A DNA stretch of 64,000 bases from a virus. Lineage: Duplodnaviria; Caudoviricetes. The translations under genes were made by a program, and so were the position numbers. Each line of letters begins with the position of its first letter. Positions within the stretch are counted from its first letter, which is position 1. Location: IMG/VR virus record IMGVR_UViG_3300028591_000100, positions 64,001-128,000 of that record. The stretch is one strand, 5' to 3'. Below the pieces are notes generated by a model. That model saw nothing but the letters and a program-made list of their open reading frames with translations, made no database searches and was not told where the DNA came from. This document shows, in pieces, positions 48,301 to 57,466 of the stretch.

Positions 48301-51300
48301 TTGTTATAAACCTTACCTAAATAAGGAATTAAATTATCCTTACTAGACATATAACCAGGAATACGTTGCCACTGTTGTGTCATCTTAGTTCCTAAATTAA
48401 CACCATCATGCTTTTTCACCATATTTCGGAAAGAGCCTTCATAATTACCCATTATAATGGCGTTAAGCATTTCAAAACTTATTTGATTATAATATTCTTG
48501 ATTACCTGCTTGGACAGCATTAATTTGAGCAATATCGTTTTCAATTCGTTTAACTTCGTCAGACTCCTCGCCATATTGCTTTATTAATTTTTCTTTAGCA
48601 TTTACTGCTACTTTATGTAGTTCCTCAAGTAGCTTTTTATCTTTCTTGGTAACTTCACCCAATGCTTCCAAAGCTGCCCCTTCGAACATCTTATCTTTAT
48701 CGAATACACCAAGTTCCACCCCTTGTTGTAGGAAAGCACGGAAGATTCGTTCATCATTCCATGTCCCCGCAGAGGTAGACATACCCATGGTACTCAACAT
48801 TTGACTAAAAATTCTGTCTGCTTCTTCATCTAAAGGAAGAAGTTCTCCGTTTTCTCCTCTTTTTAAGTTTTTAATGTTAATACCTTTTTGATATAGAGTT
48901 TGGAAAATTGCTCCAAAAGCACGACCGCCTAAAGCTCCTATGTCTTTACGCTGTCTACCTTCTGTGCCTAAGACTTCTCCAATAATATCCTCTGCAATAA
49001 ATTTAGCATTTCCGTAACGTCCTGCACCTTCTTTACCAAGCCAAGACGCTGCTACAGTAATCCGTTTTTCTTCTTTGTCTGTAACACTATTAGCTTTAGT
49101 AATGTCTGCTGCGGTAGTAATATTATCTAGTGCGCCTTCTTTCCCTTTTAGTTCGGGATGTTCTTCTAAAATATGTGCCTTAATGTCGTTTAAGGTTTTT
49201 TCATCTTTTTTAGCTTCATCTTCTTGAATCTTTTTTTGATACTCTTGTTGATGTGTGAAATATGAATTTAATGCCTCTCCTGCTGTCTGAAAATCTCCAG
49301 CGTTAAGGGCGCTAAATAGGGTAATCAAGTCACCGTCCATATCACCTTTTCCAATAGCGGCGTAATGTTTGTTGATAAGTAAACGACCACGGGCAACTAA
49401 TTTTCCATTACTAGATGCTACTACACCGCCACCAAGTAAGTCGTTGATAAAATTAATTGTAGGGTTTCTATTAGACCAAAGGTTGTTAAGAATAGTTCCG
49501 TCCCAAGCTCGCTTGCCGTCTTTTGTTCGTCTAGAAATATCAACCTTGTTTACTATAGATTTAACAATCTGACTATTTGTTTTTTTCCCTGCCCCACGAT
49601 TAAAAAGAGCACTATAAAGACCTAAAACACTATCTCTATTCTCTTTTAATTCTTGGAACAATAGATCGCTTAAATCTTCTGTTGACATAATTCTTGAAAC
49701 ATTACCTAAATTAGCATCCTTTTTACCAAGAATCTCCTCTAATACTTCTTGAGAATCTTCGGTCATACCTTGTAATAAAAGATAACCAGAACCCTGTCCA
49801 CTTTCAATGGTATGATATTTATCGAAAGTTTTACCAGTAGCTATCTCTTTACCATAGCTACTAAGTTCTTCAATAAGATTTCTAATGAAAAATTCTTCAG
49901 CTTTATCCCCACCAAAAGCTGCACCGTTTTCAGGATGAAAATAGTCATTAGCGCTACGTAATATTCTAGTTGCATACTTTAATCCTTCATCTGGTCGATA
50001 TGTATTTTTATCTCCTTGATCATATTCTCCCAGTGGCAAAGTAATCATTCTAGTATTATATAGCTGTCCGTTAACCATGGCAGCCACAGTCTTGTCACCT
50101 AAATCTAATCCAAAAGTTTTTAAATCTTCTACTTTTGTAATAGCATTAAGTTGCCGTTGTTGTTCTTTGGTAAGTTTAGACCATGCCTCTTTATCTTCTT
50201 TAAGTTCCTGAATTTGTTTAAAACGTGCCTCACGTTTTCTTTGCAAATAAGGTCCTACTAAATTAGACGCTCTAACGTCGCCATTATCAACTAATATTCC
50301 ACCTTGTTCATCATAATCAAGGTTATAATCCATTTCTAATAAATCATCTAATGTTAACTTAACAACAGACGCATCTGCACGCATGCTTTCTTGGAAACGT
50401 TCTGCATCTTTTGAAAAAGTTTTTTCAATATACTGTGCATTCTTAACGTACTTATCATATTCTTTTTTTCTGTCTGCCATTTGGTCACGCACGCCGTTTA
50501 CATAATCTCGGATAGGTTTTATGGCCATATCATAATCTTTTTTCGGATCTGCGTTACCACTTGTATAACCATTTTCTAATAAATATCGACTAACATCGCC
50601 TAAGGTTGCTTCTAAAGACCTTAACTCATTAACCCCGATTTTTGCGACAGATTTACTACCTTGACCTAAGTTCATCCACTCAGGAGAAGAGCTTAAACCC
50701 AATTCTTCTGCAAAAATCATTGGATTTTCAGTAGTAATATAGGTTTTTCCCCCTACCTCATGTTTACCAAAATAGGTTTTCTTAGGATCGTAAATATTGG
50801 CTGCTTGACCTACTCTTACTGCTGCGAAAAGCATGTTAGTAGCGAACTCTTTATCCGCCTCTTTTTTTTCTGCTAAACGTTCTTCCAATGCTTTATTATC
50901 AGTAAGAAACATACCCGTTTCAGGGTCAATCGAAAAGATACTGTCTTCCTTTCCAAAAAACTGTTTAAAAAATTCATCATTTTTATAGTAGTTGGCAATA
51001 TCTTTACCACTTTTTTTCTGCACGTCTCTTAACTGAGAGTTTACGTGCGTAAGAATTTGCATAATACGAGATCTAATATTTTTGTTTGTTATAGGAGCAT
51101 TTTCAATAAAATTTTGAGCTCTTAAACCCCCGCCATTTTGCAATTTTTGTTTAGCGTCTCTAAAAATTTCTTCTTCACTATAACCTTCTTCTAGCATGGC
51201 TGCGGCCATTAAAAGGTTAGTAGATACAGATTTAGTTGTACGCTCATCCGCTGTTAAGCCAGCACGAAAGACTGATGTACTATTATGTCTTTGTCTGGTT

Positions 51301-53060
51301 GCCACTAGGTTTGAAAGATTCTCACCAGATTTTCCAGTATAATCATAATCAATTGAATAAGTATTGTCTAATTCATAAACTTTTCGAATATATCGTTGAA
51401 ATTTATCAAAAACTTTTTCTTGTTTATAAACATATTTTCCAGAAGCCTCTTTTTCTAAAACATTTAAAGTTTCTTGCGAAAATTTTTCGATATCTTGATT
51501 TAATTTTTCAATTTTTTTAATATCCGCTTCTTTTGTGCTGTTTTTTATTTTTTCTAATTGTCTCTTTTTGGACTCTAGAATTGCCTCTCTTACATAGGTA
51601 TTAACTTCATCAAACTTAATAGTCCTTCCTGTTAAATGTTTAGGGTCTTTTATATCTCTAATATCATGGGCTAGCTCTGGTCCCATAAAAGAAGCATCAG
51701 CTCCAAAGCCTTTAAGAGACATTTCTAAAGATTTATGGTACTGTTTTTTAAAAGCTTTTACATCTAAACCAAATTTTTGTTTGATTTCTTCTGCCCCTGA
51801 TGCAGTATCTGCAATCTTATATAAACGTTTAAGAGTTTCTCTACCTTTATTAAGACTTTTTTTACTTAAGGTCGCTGTCGTATAGATATCTTTATACAAA
51901 TCTGTATCTGAATAAATCCCTTCTGAAATACCTTGCTGTAACATTCTAAGTTGTTCTTTAGACATTACAGAGGTCATACCTGTTGCAGCTCTTGGTTTAC
52001 CTTTTAGATAGGTATTTTTTTGACGTAAAACTTGCGCGTTTTGTTTTAATTTTTTACCTTGAGCCCGCAAAGGAGCTAGTGCTGCCTCAACATCTGTAAC
52101 ACCAAATTTTCCAACAGTACCTTCTGTCATACCTGCCTGAGACATTTTCCCAGCAAATGAACTGAAGACATTCTCAAAATCACCTTTCCAGATGTTTCTA
52201 TAAATCCATCCATAATGACTCTTTACATAATTACTGATTTGTTGCGGTGTTTTAAAACCACGCGCAGCGTTCATAATTTTTTCAACATCTCTAGTAAACT
52301 GTTCAACAGTAGGAGCTCCTGCTTTCCCTTTATTGGCATTATATAATTGTCTTTGATATTGGGCTGTTAAAATATGACCCATCATAGCCCACAAAGCTTC
52401 AGGTCTCAAATTATTTATAGACTTATCATTTAATTCTTCATATTCATTAATTTGATGAGTGCTATATACACCCGTAGTTAGTTGCTTTACAGAAGCCATT
52501 GAGTTATTAACTTTTCTTTTTAAATACCTTAACCCCTCTTTGGTATTTTGCTGTATTTTTTGTCGAATAAGACGATCATTTTCTTTCCAATCCTCTAGCA
52601 CTTGAGCAACGCCTGTACTTAATGCACTCGCTAAGCCAACCTCTCCGTTCATACCTCTAACTAAAAGAGGACTATTAGGATTTAACATACCGTCTTTTAA
52701 AGTATAATTTCCATCTCTTCCTGTTCGAGATATTTCAAGAAACGGACAATCATCATCTGATATATCTCGAGCTTCTTGACCTCTTGGTCTGAACACTATT
52801 TTAGTTCCCCGACCATTAGGTAGTCGTCTAAACTCAGGGTAAAGACCATAATTAGCAGCCGCCCAAGAAGAAACCCGACGTAGCTCTTGCTCTAAATTAT
52901 GAATAGCTTTTCCTCGTTCAACCTCTTTATCAAATCCAAGCTTTTTCATCATGTTTAAGTTGTCGTGTGCTAAGGCGTTTTGACCCAAAGCATCCTTTAA
53001 CCAACTATCTAAATCATAGAAAACATCAACTTGTTTATTATTATTTTGATTATTTGCCAT
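45394..53060 (-). CDS. Tape measure fusion protein, exon 1: two-barrel RNAP-like domain, PD-(D/E)XK nuclease domain and start of the tape measure core (spliced product ~4034 aa)
   Basis: NRNPT (aa 1197) and GDMDGD (Asp 1240/1242/1244); nuclease motifs RGLVSH..E, AEQPL, ADAM, SDLK, QVKDY; tape measure core LDQAMTNLRIVTG...GATTIEV...WLRQG. Confidence 0.85.
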
Positions 53061-53074
53061 ATAGCTGCTACCTC

Positions 53075-53494
53075 CTATTCTATTCCATCTTTAATAGTGT
53101 CTATAAATGAACAGAAATCATATAATGTATCCATATTATATGCTCCAGCGTAAAAGCCTTTTCCTTTATAGATTACAAAATCTTGTTGCCCATAATCATC
53201 ATTATATACAGGGATTTTTTCTCCTCTATACACCAACCATTGATATGGGTAGTAATAATTATTAAACTCGTCCACATAGATAAGCTGTTCTGATTCTTTT
53301 TTTGACATTTGCTCTGTTTCAGGTGTAAAGTTACAATGTAACTTCATAAATTGAAGCCATTTATACATTGCTTTCTTATACCCTCTCCAATATTCCTCAG
53401 TTTTCTTATAAAAAGATAGGCACTCAGGACTAAGCATTCTATTGGCATAATTGATCTCGCTCTCATATTTTTCTAAAACTTTTGTAAATTCCAT
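53075..53494 (-). CDS. Hypothetical protein
   Basis: ORF with SD AGGAGG. Confidence 0.7.
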   Translation of the reverse strand: MEFTKVLEKYESEINYANRMLSPECLSFYKKTEEYWRGYKKAMYKWLQFMKLHCNFTPETEQMSKKESEQLIYVDEFNNYYYPYQWLVYRGEKIPVYNDDYGQQDFVIYKGKGFYAGAYNMDTLYDFCSFIDTIKDGIE

Positions 53495-53532
53495 AATATA
53501 CCTCCTATGTTTTTATAAAAAAATTATGAAAA

Positions 53533-53562
53533 TCCCCCAGCACCTTTATGGGTACTGGGGGA
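53533..53562 (-). terminator. Probable terminator hairpin
   Basis: CCCCCAGTACC/GGTGCTGGGGG stem followed by ATTTT. Confidence 0.6.
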
Positions 53563-53669
53563 GCCTATGTCAATTTAGGCAATAAAAAAGCGAAAGCTGT
53601 TCGCCTCCGTCCTTCTTATTTAAACCTTTTATTTCCTTTTACTCCGCCTCAGTTATTTCCTACTATATA

Positions 53670-53996
53670 TTAAAATATAAATGGAAGCGCTGAAAGTGCC
53701 ATCATAACTAAATCTTTTTGGCAATCTAAATACTCTTGTGAGTTTAAAAATTGCCTTATATCCATTGTTTTGTGTATACCTTGATACTTTTCTAAGAACT
53801 TACGTAAAAGCTCGTCTGCGGCCTGTTTTTGGGCCTCTACTTGCTTATAAGCCTCTTTTACTTTCTCAAAATCTTTTTTTCTTTCTAAATCTTTTTTGTT
53901 TTGCAACTCAAGCTTATCATTATAAGCCTTTTCTGCTTCTAATAAATCCTTTTCTGTTTCATAAATCTTTTTTGTTAAATCTGAATAATATTTCAT
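53670..53996 (-). CDS. Hypothetical coiled-coil protein
   Basis: ORF with SD AGGAGG. Confidence 0.7.
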   Translation of the reverse strand: MKYYSDLTKKIYETEKDLLEAEKAYNDKLELQNKKDLERKKDFEKVKEAYKQVEAQKQAADELLRKFLEKYQGIHKTMDIRQFLNSQEYLDCQKDLVMMALSALPFIF

Positions 53997-54102
53997 AATA
54001 ATAAACCCTCCTAATTGGTTAAAATTTTCTCGCTAAATAAAAGCCCATTTTTATTTAGCTAATATTATTAATGATTTACTGAGGCTCTACCTCATTAATA
54101 AA

Positions 54103-54177
54103 TAGTCGCAGGAGATGGATTCGAACCACCGATATCAAGGAGGTGACCCTTGTGAGTTACCACTACTCTACCCTGCC
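54103..54177 (-). tRNA. Atypical tRNA: initiator-like body with CAC anticodon (possibly a pseudo-tRNA)
   Basis: Full cloverleaf GGCAGGG-TA-GAGT..ACTC-A-CAAGG GT CAC CT CCTTG-..-GGTGG TTCGAAT CCATC-TCCTGCG-A; ends in CTA rather than CCA. Confidence 0.75.
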
Positions 54178-54189
54178 ATGTAAGAAGAG

Positions 54190-54384
54190 CTATAAAAACT
54201 CTTCGTCTTCTAGACTTGAAACCACGATATTTCTAACATTTCCCTTATAATCACTATTAGCACTTCTAATGCGCACATGATCAGGGTTTTCTGGCTCTTT
54301 TGATAAATCTATTGAAAATACAATAACACCATTATCCTCAATGATATAAGTGTTAGTAAAAATATCTATATAATGTTTTAGCAT
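54190..54384 (-). CDS. Hypothetical protein
   Basis: 64-aa ORF with SD GGAGG, between the ncRNA and the tRNA. Confidence 0.6.
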   Translation of the reverse strand: MLKHYIDIFTNTYIIEDNGVIVFSIDLSKEPENPDHVRIRSANSDYKGNVRNIVVSSLEDEEFL

Positions 54385-54402
54385 ACATCCTCCGTATAAG
54401 CA

Positions 54403-55051
54403 AAAAACTTAATACCTTAATTTTATGTATCTGCCAGGTTTTTATTCGCCTTACTTTCTATATAAGTTCTTATTCGCACATAGTGACGATAAGTCTGAGC
54501 GATAGGGAGCTACCCTAAGGCTTCTTACCGTGGTCTAGCACTAACGGGACTAGTACCCGCACCTTTCACCAAGCTTCAGAATATTTGTTCTTTTACTTTC
54601 TTCTCATGTATTATAAAAAGAATATAGCTACTGCAAATAATAGAGATTTAGCTACTAGGACCTTCTACTCGTCTTATACACATCTTTCAATGCTTCAACT
54701 CTACCGAGTGCCTTGCACAGCACTCTACGGCTTATTGGTAATTTCCAAGGTCTGACCGCGGCACCACCCGCTCGGCGCCCTAACTTGGATTGTTCTCCAC
54801 AGGAGCGTCTATTACGCCGTCGACAAGAAAGGTTGCTTAAGAATAATTATATAAATCACACAACACTCCAGCGGAATGGGATTTCCCCTTGTGGACTTCA
54901 AAGTCGCCAATGAAGCCTCGACAGCAGTTGCCCAAGTATCCTTAGGTACTTACCGCTCCACATATAGCCTTCTTGGGAGTGTTTCTCAGCAGGAACGCAA
55001 TTCCTCATGCACTGAGTTGACATATACATAAAATTAAGATATTAAGTTTTT
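54403..55051 (-). ncRNA. Large structured RNA, ROOL-like (ROOL/GOLLD class)
   Basis: Own promoter; 28-bp terminal stem (55024-55051 with 54403-54430, one G.U); many hairpins; ~650 nt near phage tRNAs. Motifs such as CUUGGGCAAC and GGGUAGCUCCC..GCUCAGAC resemble ROOL from memory and were not verified by search. Confidence 0.72.
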
Positions 55052-55059
55052 ACAATTAT

Positions 55060-55087
55060 ATTATAACAGAATTATTTTAATAGTCAA
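55060..55087 (-). promoter_or_regulatory. Conserved promoter driving the ROOL-like RNA
   Basis: TTGACT-ATTAAAATAA-TTCTG-T-TATAAT. Confidence 0.82.
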
Positions 55088-55094
55088 GAAAAAG

Positions 55095-55517
55095 TTATTT
55101 TTTATTATAAACTTTATTTCCCCATCGAGTTGCCTGACCTTCAAACCAAATTGAATCATACTCAGTTGGAGGTGTTACTCCCTTACGATAGTATTTTAAC
55201 TCACGATACCAATAGCGCACAGCACTTGGTATACAAACTACAAACGGCATCAATGGACCCCATATTAAATTTTGTAAACCATGACCAGCTTCATGATATT
55301 TAGTGGTGTTTTCACCAGCAGCACTTGTTAAGAAAAATGCTCCAAGCTCAACTCCACCCCAATTCTTGCCAACTACAAAATATACATTTGGGCCCAAATG
55401 TTTAGGTTTGTGACCTGTAACTAATAAACCTAGAGCTGCAACAGCTCCAATAAAAGTCATAATTCCACCCCATGTAAGTGAAATCAACCAATATGGTACA
55501 TAAAGAATTTTTTTCAT
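55095..55517 (-). CDS. Membrane protein with an HExxH metallopeptidase-like motif
   Basis: Hydrophobic segments, HEAGH, and downstream WFEGQA. Confidence 0.6.
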   Translation of the reverse strand: MKKILYVPYWLISLTWGGIMTFIGAVAALGLLVTGHKPKHLGPNVYFVVGKNWGGVELGAFFLTSAAGENTTKYHEAGHGLQNLIWGPLMPFVVCIPSAVRYWYRELKYYRKGVTPPTEYDSIWFEGQATRWGNKVYNKK

Positions 55518-55538
55518 TATATCCTCTCCTAAATTAAA

Positions 55539-55826
55539 TTAATTACGTTCATCGTAAAGAGAAATTAGTTTATTAATAAATCTTTCAAAATTTGGAGCAG
55601 AATAATTTTCATTTTCTCCAACAATTTGAACTGTAATTGTTGTAGTTAAATCATAACGTAAACTAATTAAACCTAACATTGATTTAGCGTTTACATATTG
55701 ATGATCATCAATCTTCATATTTACATCATCAGATGTATATGAATTAGCCCTTTCTACAACAGAAGCTGCAAAACCTAAATTACTGATTTGAACCCCTTGC
55801 GGAACTTTTACTGTAAATTCTCTCAT
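55539..55826 (-). CDS. HPr-family protein lacking His15 (Crh-like)
   Basis: VNAKSMLGLISL (Ser46 motif) and ITVQIVGENE align with HPr; the GLHARP motif is absent. SD favours ATG at 55826. Confidence 0.8.
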   Translation of the reverse strand: MREFTVKVPQGVQISNLGFAASVVERANSYTSDDVNMKIDDHQYVNAKSMLGLISLRYDLTTTITVQIVGENENYSAPNFERFINKLISLYDERN

Positions 55827-55896
55827 ATAATATCTCTCCTTTTGTTGTCGGTAGGCGTCAAACATTGTTTGCTAATTAGAAGGATACTACCAATCC

Positions 55897-56121
55897 TTAA
55901 TGGAAGACTTCCTCCCACCAATAAGCCGCGCCATTTCTTCTAAATAAAAAATGTCTGTGGCTATAAAATGAAATAATCTCTATTGTAAATTCATTAATTG
56001 GTGGAATAATATCATCTTGAACAACTTTTACATCTATCTGTGAGTTATTGTATATATAAAGAAAAACATCACCATCACCAATGTCTACAAAGAGAGTGTC
56101 GGATAATTGAATTGTTCTCAT
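55897..56121 (-). CDS. Hypothetical protein
   Basis: ORF with SD GAGGTG. Confidence 0.6.
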   Translation of the reverse strand: MRTIQLSDTLFVDIGDGDVFLYIYNNSQIDVKVVQDDIIPPINEFTIEIISFYSHRHFLFRRNGAAYWWEEVFH

Positions 56122-56155
56122 AAAAACACCTCTATTTTAAATTATCCTTTTACCT

Positions 56156-56389
56156 CTACATAGACTCGTGAATAGTTCTTCTTATAACTTCATCTTGTTG
56201 TTCCTTTGTTAATTTTATAAAATTAATCCGATAACCACTAACCCTAATGGTTAATTGAGGGTATTTTTCAGGATGCTGTTGAGCATCTAATAATAGCTCT
56301 CGGTTAAATATATTAACATTAACATGGTAACCATCATGCTCAAAATATGTATCTAATAACGTTACTAGATTATCTACTCTTTCACTCAC
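56156..56389 (-). CDS. grcA: Autonomous glycyl radical cofactor (PFL spare part)
   Basis: [43 protein letters not shown], the PFL C-terminal glycyl radical domain as a stand-alone protein. Confidence 0.92.
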   Translation of the reverse strand: MSERVDNLVTLLDTYFEHDGYHVNVNIFNRELLLDAQQHPEKYPQLTIRVSGYRINFIKLTKEQQDEVIRRTIHESM

Positions 56390-56413
56390 AAAATTCCCCT
56401 CCTAAAAATAAAA

Positions 56414-56489
56414 TGGTGCTAAAGATAGGATTCGAACCTATGACCTCTTCCTTACCATGGAATTGCTCTACCAACTGAGCTACTTCAGC
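56414..56489 (-). tRNA. tRNA-Thr(GGT)
   Basis: Cloverleaf, anticodon loop AT GGT AA, encoded CCA. Confidence 0.93.
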
Positions 56490-56493
56490 AAAA

Positions 56494-56567
56494 TGGAGCA
56501 CGTGACGAGAATCGAACTCGCGTATGCACCTTGGGAAGGTGCCGTTCTACCATTAAACTACACATGC
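56494..56567 (-). tRNA. tRNA-Gly(CCC)
   Basis: GCACC TT CCC AA GGTGC anticodon arm, U73 discriminator, encoded CCA. Confidence 0.93.
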
Positions 56568-56585
56568 AAAAAAACAAATTTCGCA

Positions 56586-56666
56586 TTAACGAAAATCATT
56601 TATATTAGTATTTGTTAAAATAAAAATATCTGCAATTCTCATTAATGCTCTCATAATTTTTTTCAT
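56586..56666 (-). CDS. Possible 26-aa peptide MKKIMRALMRIADIFILTNTNINDFR
   Basis: Strong SD GGGAGGGG that can be sequestered by an upstream anti-SD sequence; below the ORF-track size cutoff. Confidence 0.4.
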   Translation of the reverse strand: MKKIMRALMRIADIFILTNTNINDFR

Positions 56667-56731
56667 TTTCTCCCCTCCCTGTTTTAGTAGGTTTTAACGT
56701 CTTTGTCTTGACGAAGGGAGGGGAAAATAAA

Positions 56732-57361
56732 TTATAATACTTTATTGTCTTTTAACCAAGGAATAGCATCTGATTTTATAATCCATGATAGACCGAAGAA
56801 AAACAAGGCTATAGCCTCAATTATCCAGGTTAAATTATAACAATTAAAGCCTGGAATATATTGTAGTAAGAATAATAGGAATGAACCTATCATACCAATA
56901 CCGCACACCCTATAGATAATATTCTTAATCTTTTTTTGTTGTGTCATTTGTCCATTTGTCTTAGTGAATAAGAAAAAAGACATGAAAGCTAATGTTCCAA
57001 AGAACACTACTGCACTAATGCAGTGGAATATATTGCTAATATCTGACCTTAAATGTAAAATACCTGTTGCGATACTTGGATCAGGTAAATATGTCATGGG
57101 AAATAAACAAATTCCAATACCAAAAATACCCGCGATTGTTGCTGTGATATCGTCGGTTTTATTATACCCCTTATAATTAATTAATAAAATACCTGCGCTG
57201 CCTAGAACAACCATAAAAGTTCCAACAGCAAACAATGAATAATAAGTGATAGAAATTGATTGAGGCCAAGATAATGTGATCAAAGCTACCAACCATGGTA
57301 GTAGCATACCTAAGATTCCTATCATAATTCTCATTCTTTTTGTATTAACTGTAACATTCAT
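56732..57361 (-). CDS. Multi-pass membrane protein (DUF998-like)
   Basis: Five or six hydrophobic helices; SISITYY and H..SA motifs. Confidence 0.65.
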   Translation of the reverse strand: MNVTVNTKRMRIMIGILGMLLPWLVALITLSWPQSISITYYSLFAVGTFMVVLGSAGILLINYKGYNKTDDITATIAGIFGIGICLFPMTYLPDPSIATGILHLRSDISNIFHCISAVVFFGTLAFMSFFLFTKTNGQMTQQKKIKNIIYRVCGIGMIGSFLLFLLQYIPGFNCYNLTWIIEAIALFFFGLSWIIKSDAIPWLKDNKVL

Positions 57362-57391
57362 ATAAACTTACACTCCTTTTACAAAATCATA

Positions 57392-57466
57392 TGGCAGAGG
57401 TGCTAAGACTTGAACTCAAACTAAAGGTTTTGGAGACCTCCGTGCTACCATTGACACTACACCCCT
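57392..57466 (-). tRNA. tRNA-Trp(CCA)
   Basis: AGGGGTG/CACCTCT acceptor stem, CT CCA AA loop, G73, encoded CCA. Confidence 0.93.

Noticed and set aside
54713-54913. Plus-strand 66-aa ORF
   Set aside because: Antisense to the structured RNA, no SD, atypical composition.
54010-57392. Theta/HDV-like ribozymes downstream of the tRNAs
   Set aside because: The 3' trailers are AT-rich or simple hairpins; I could not build the nested double pseudoknot.
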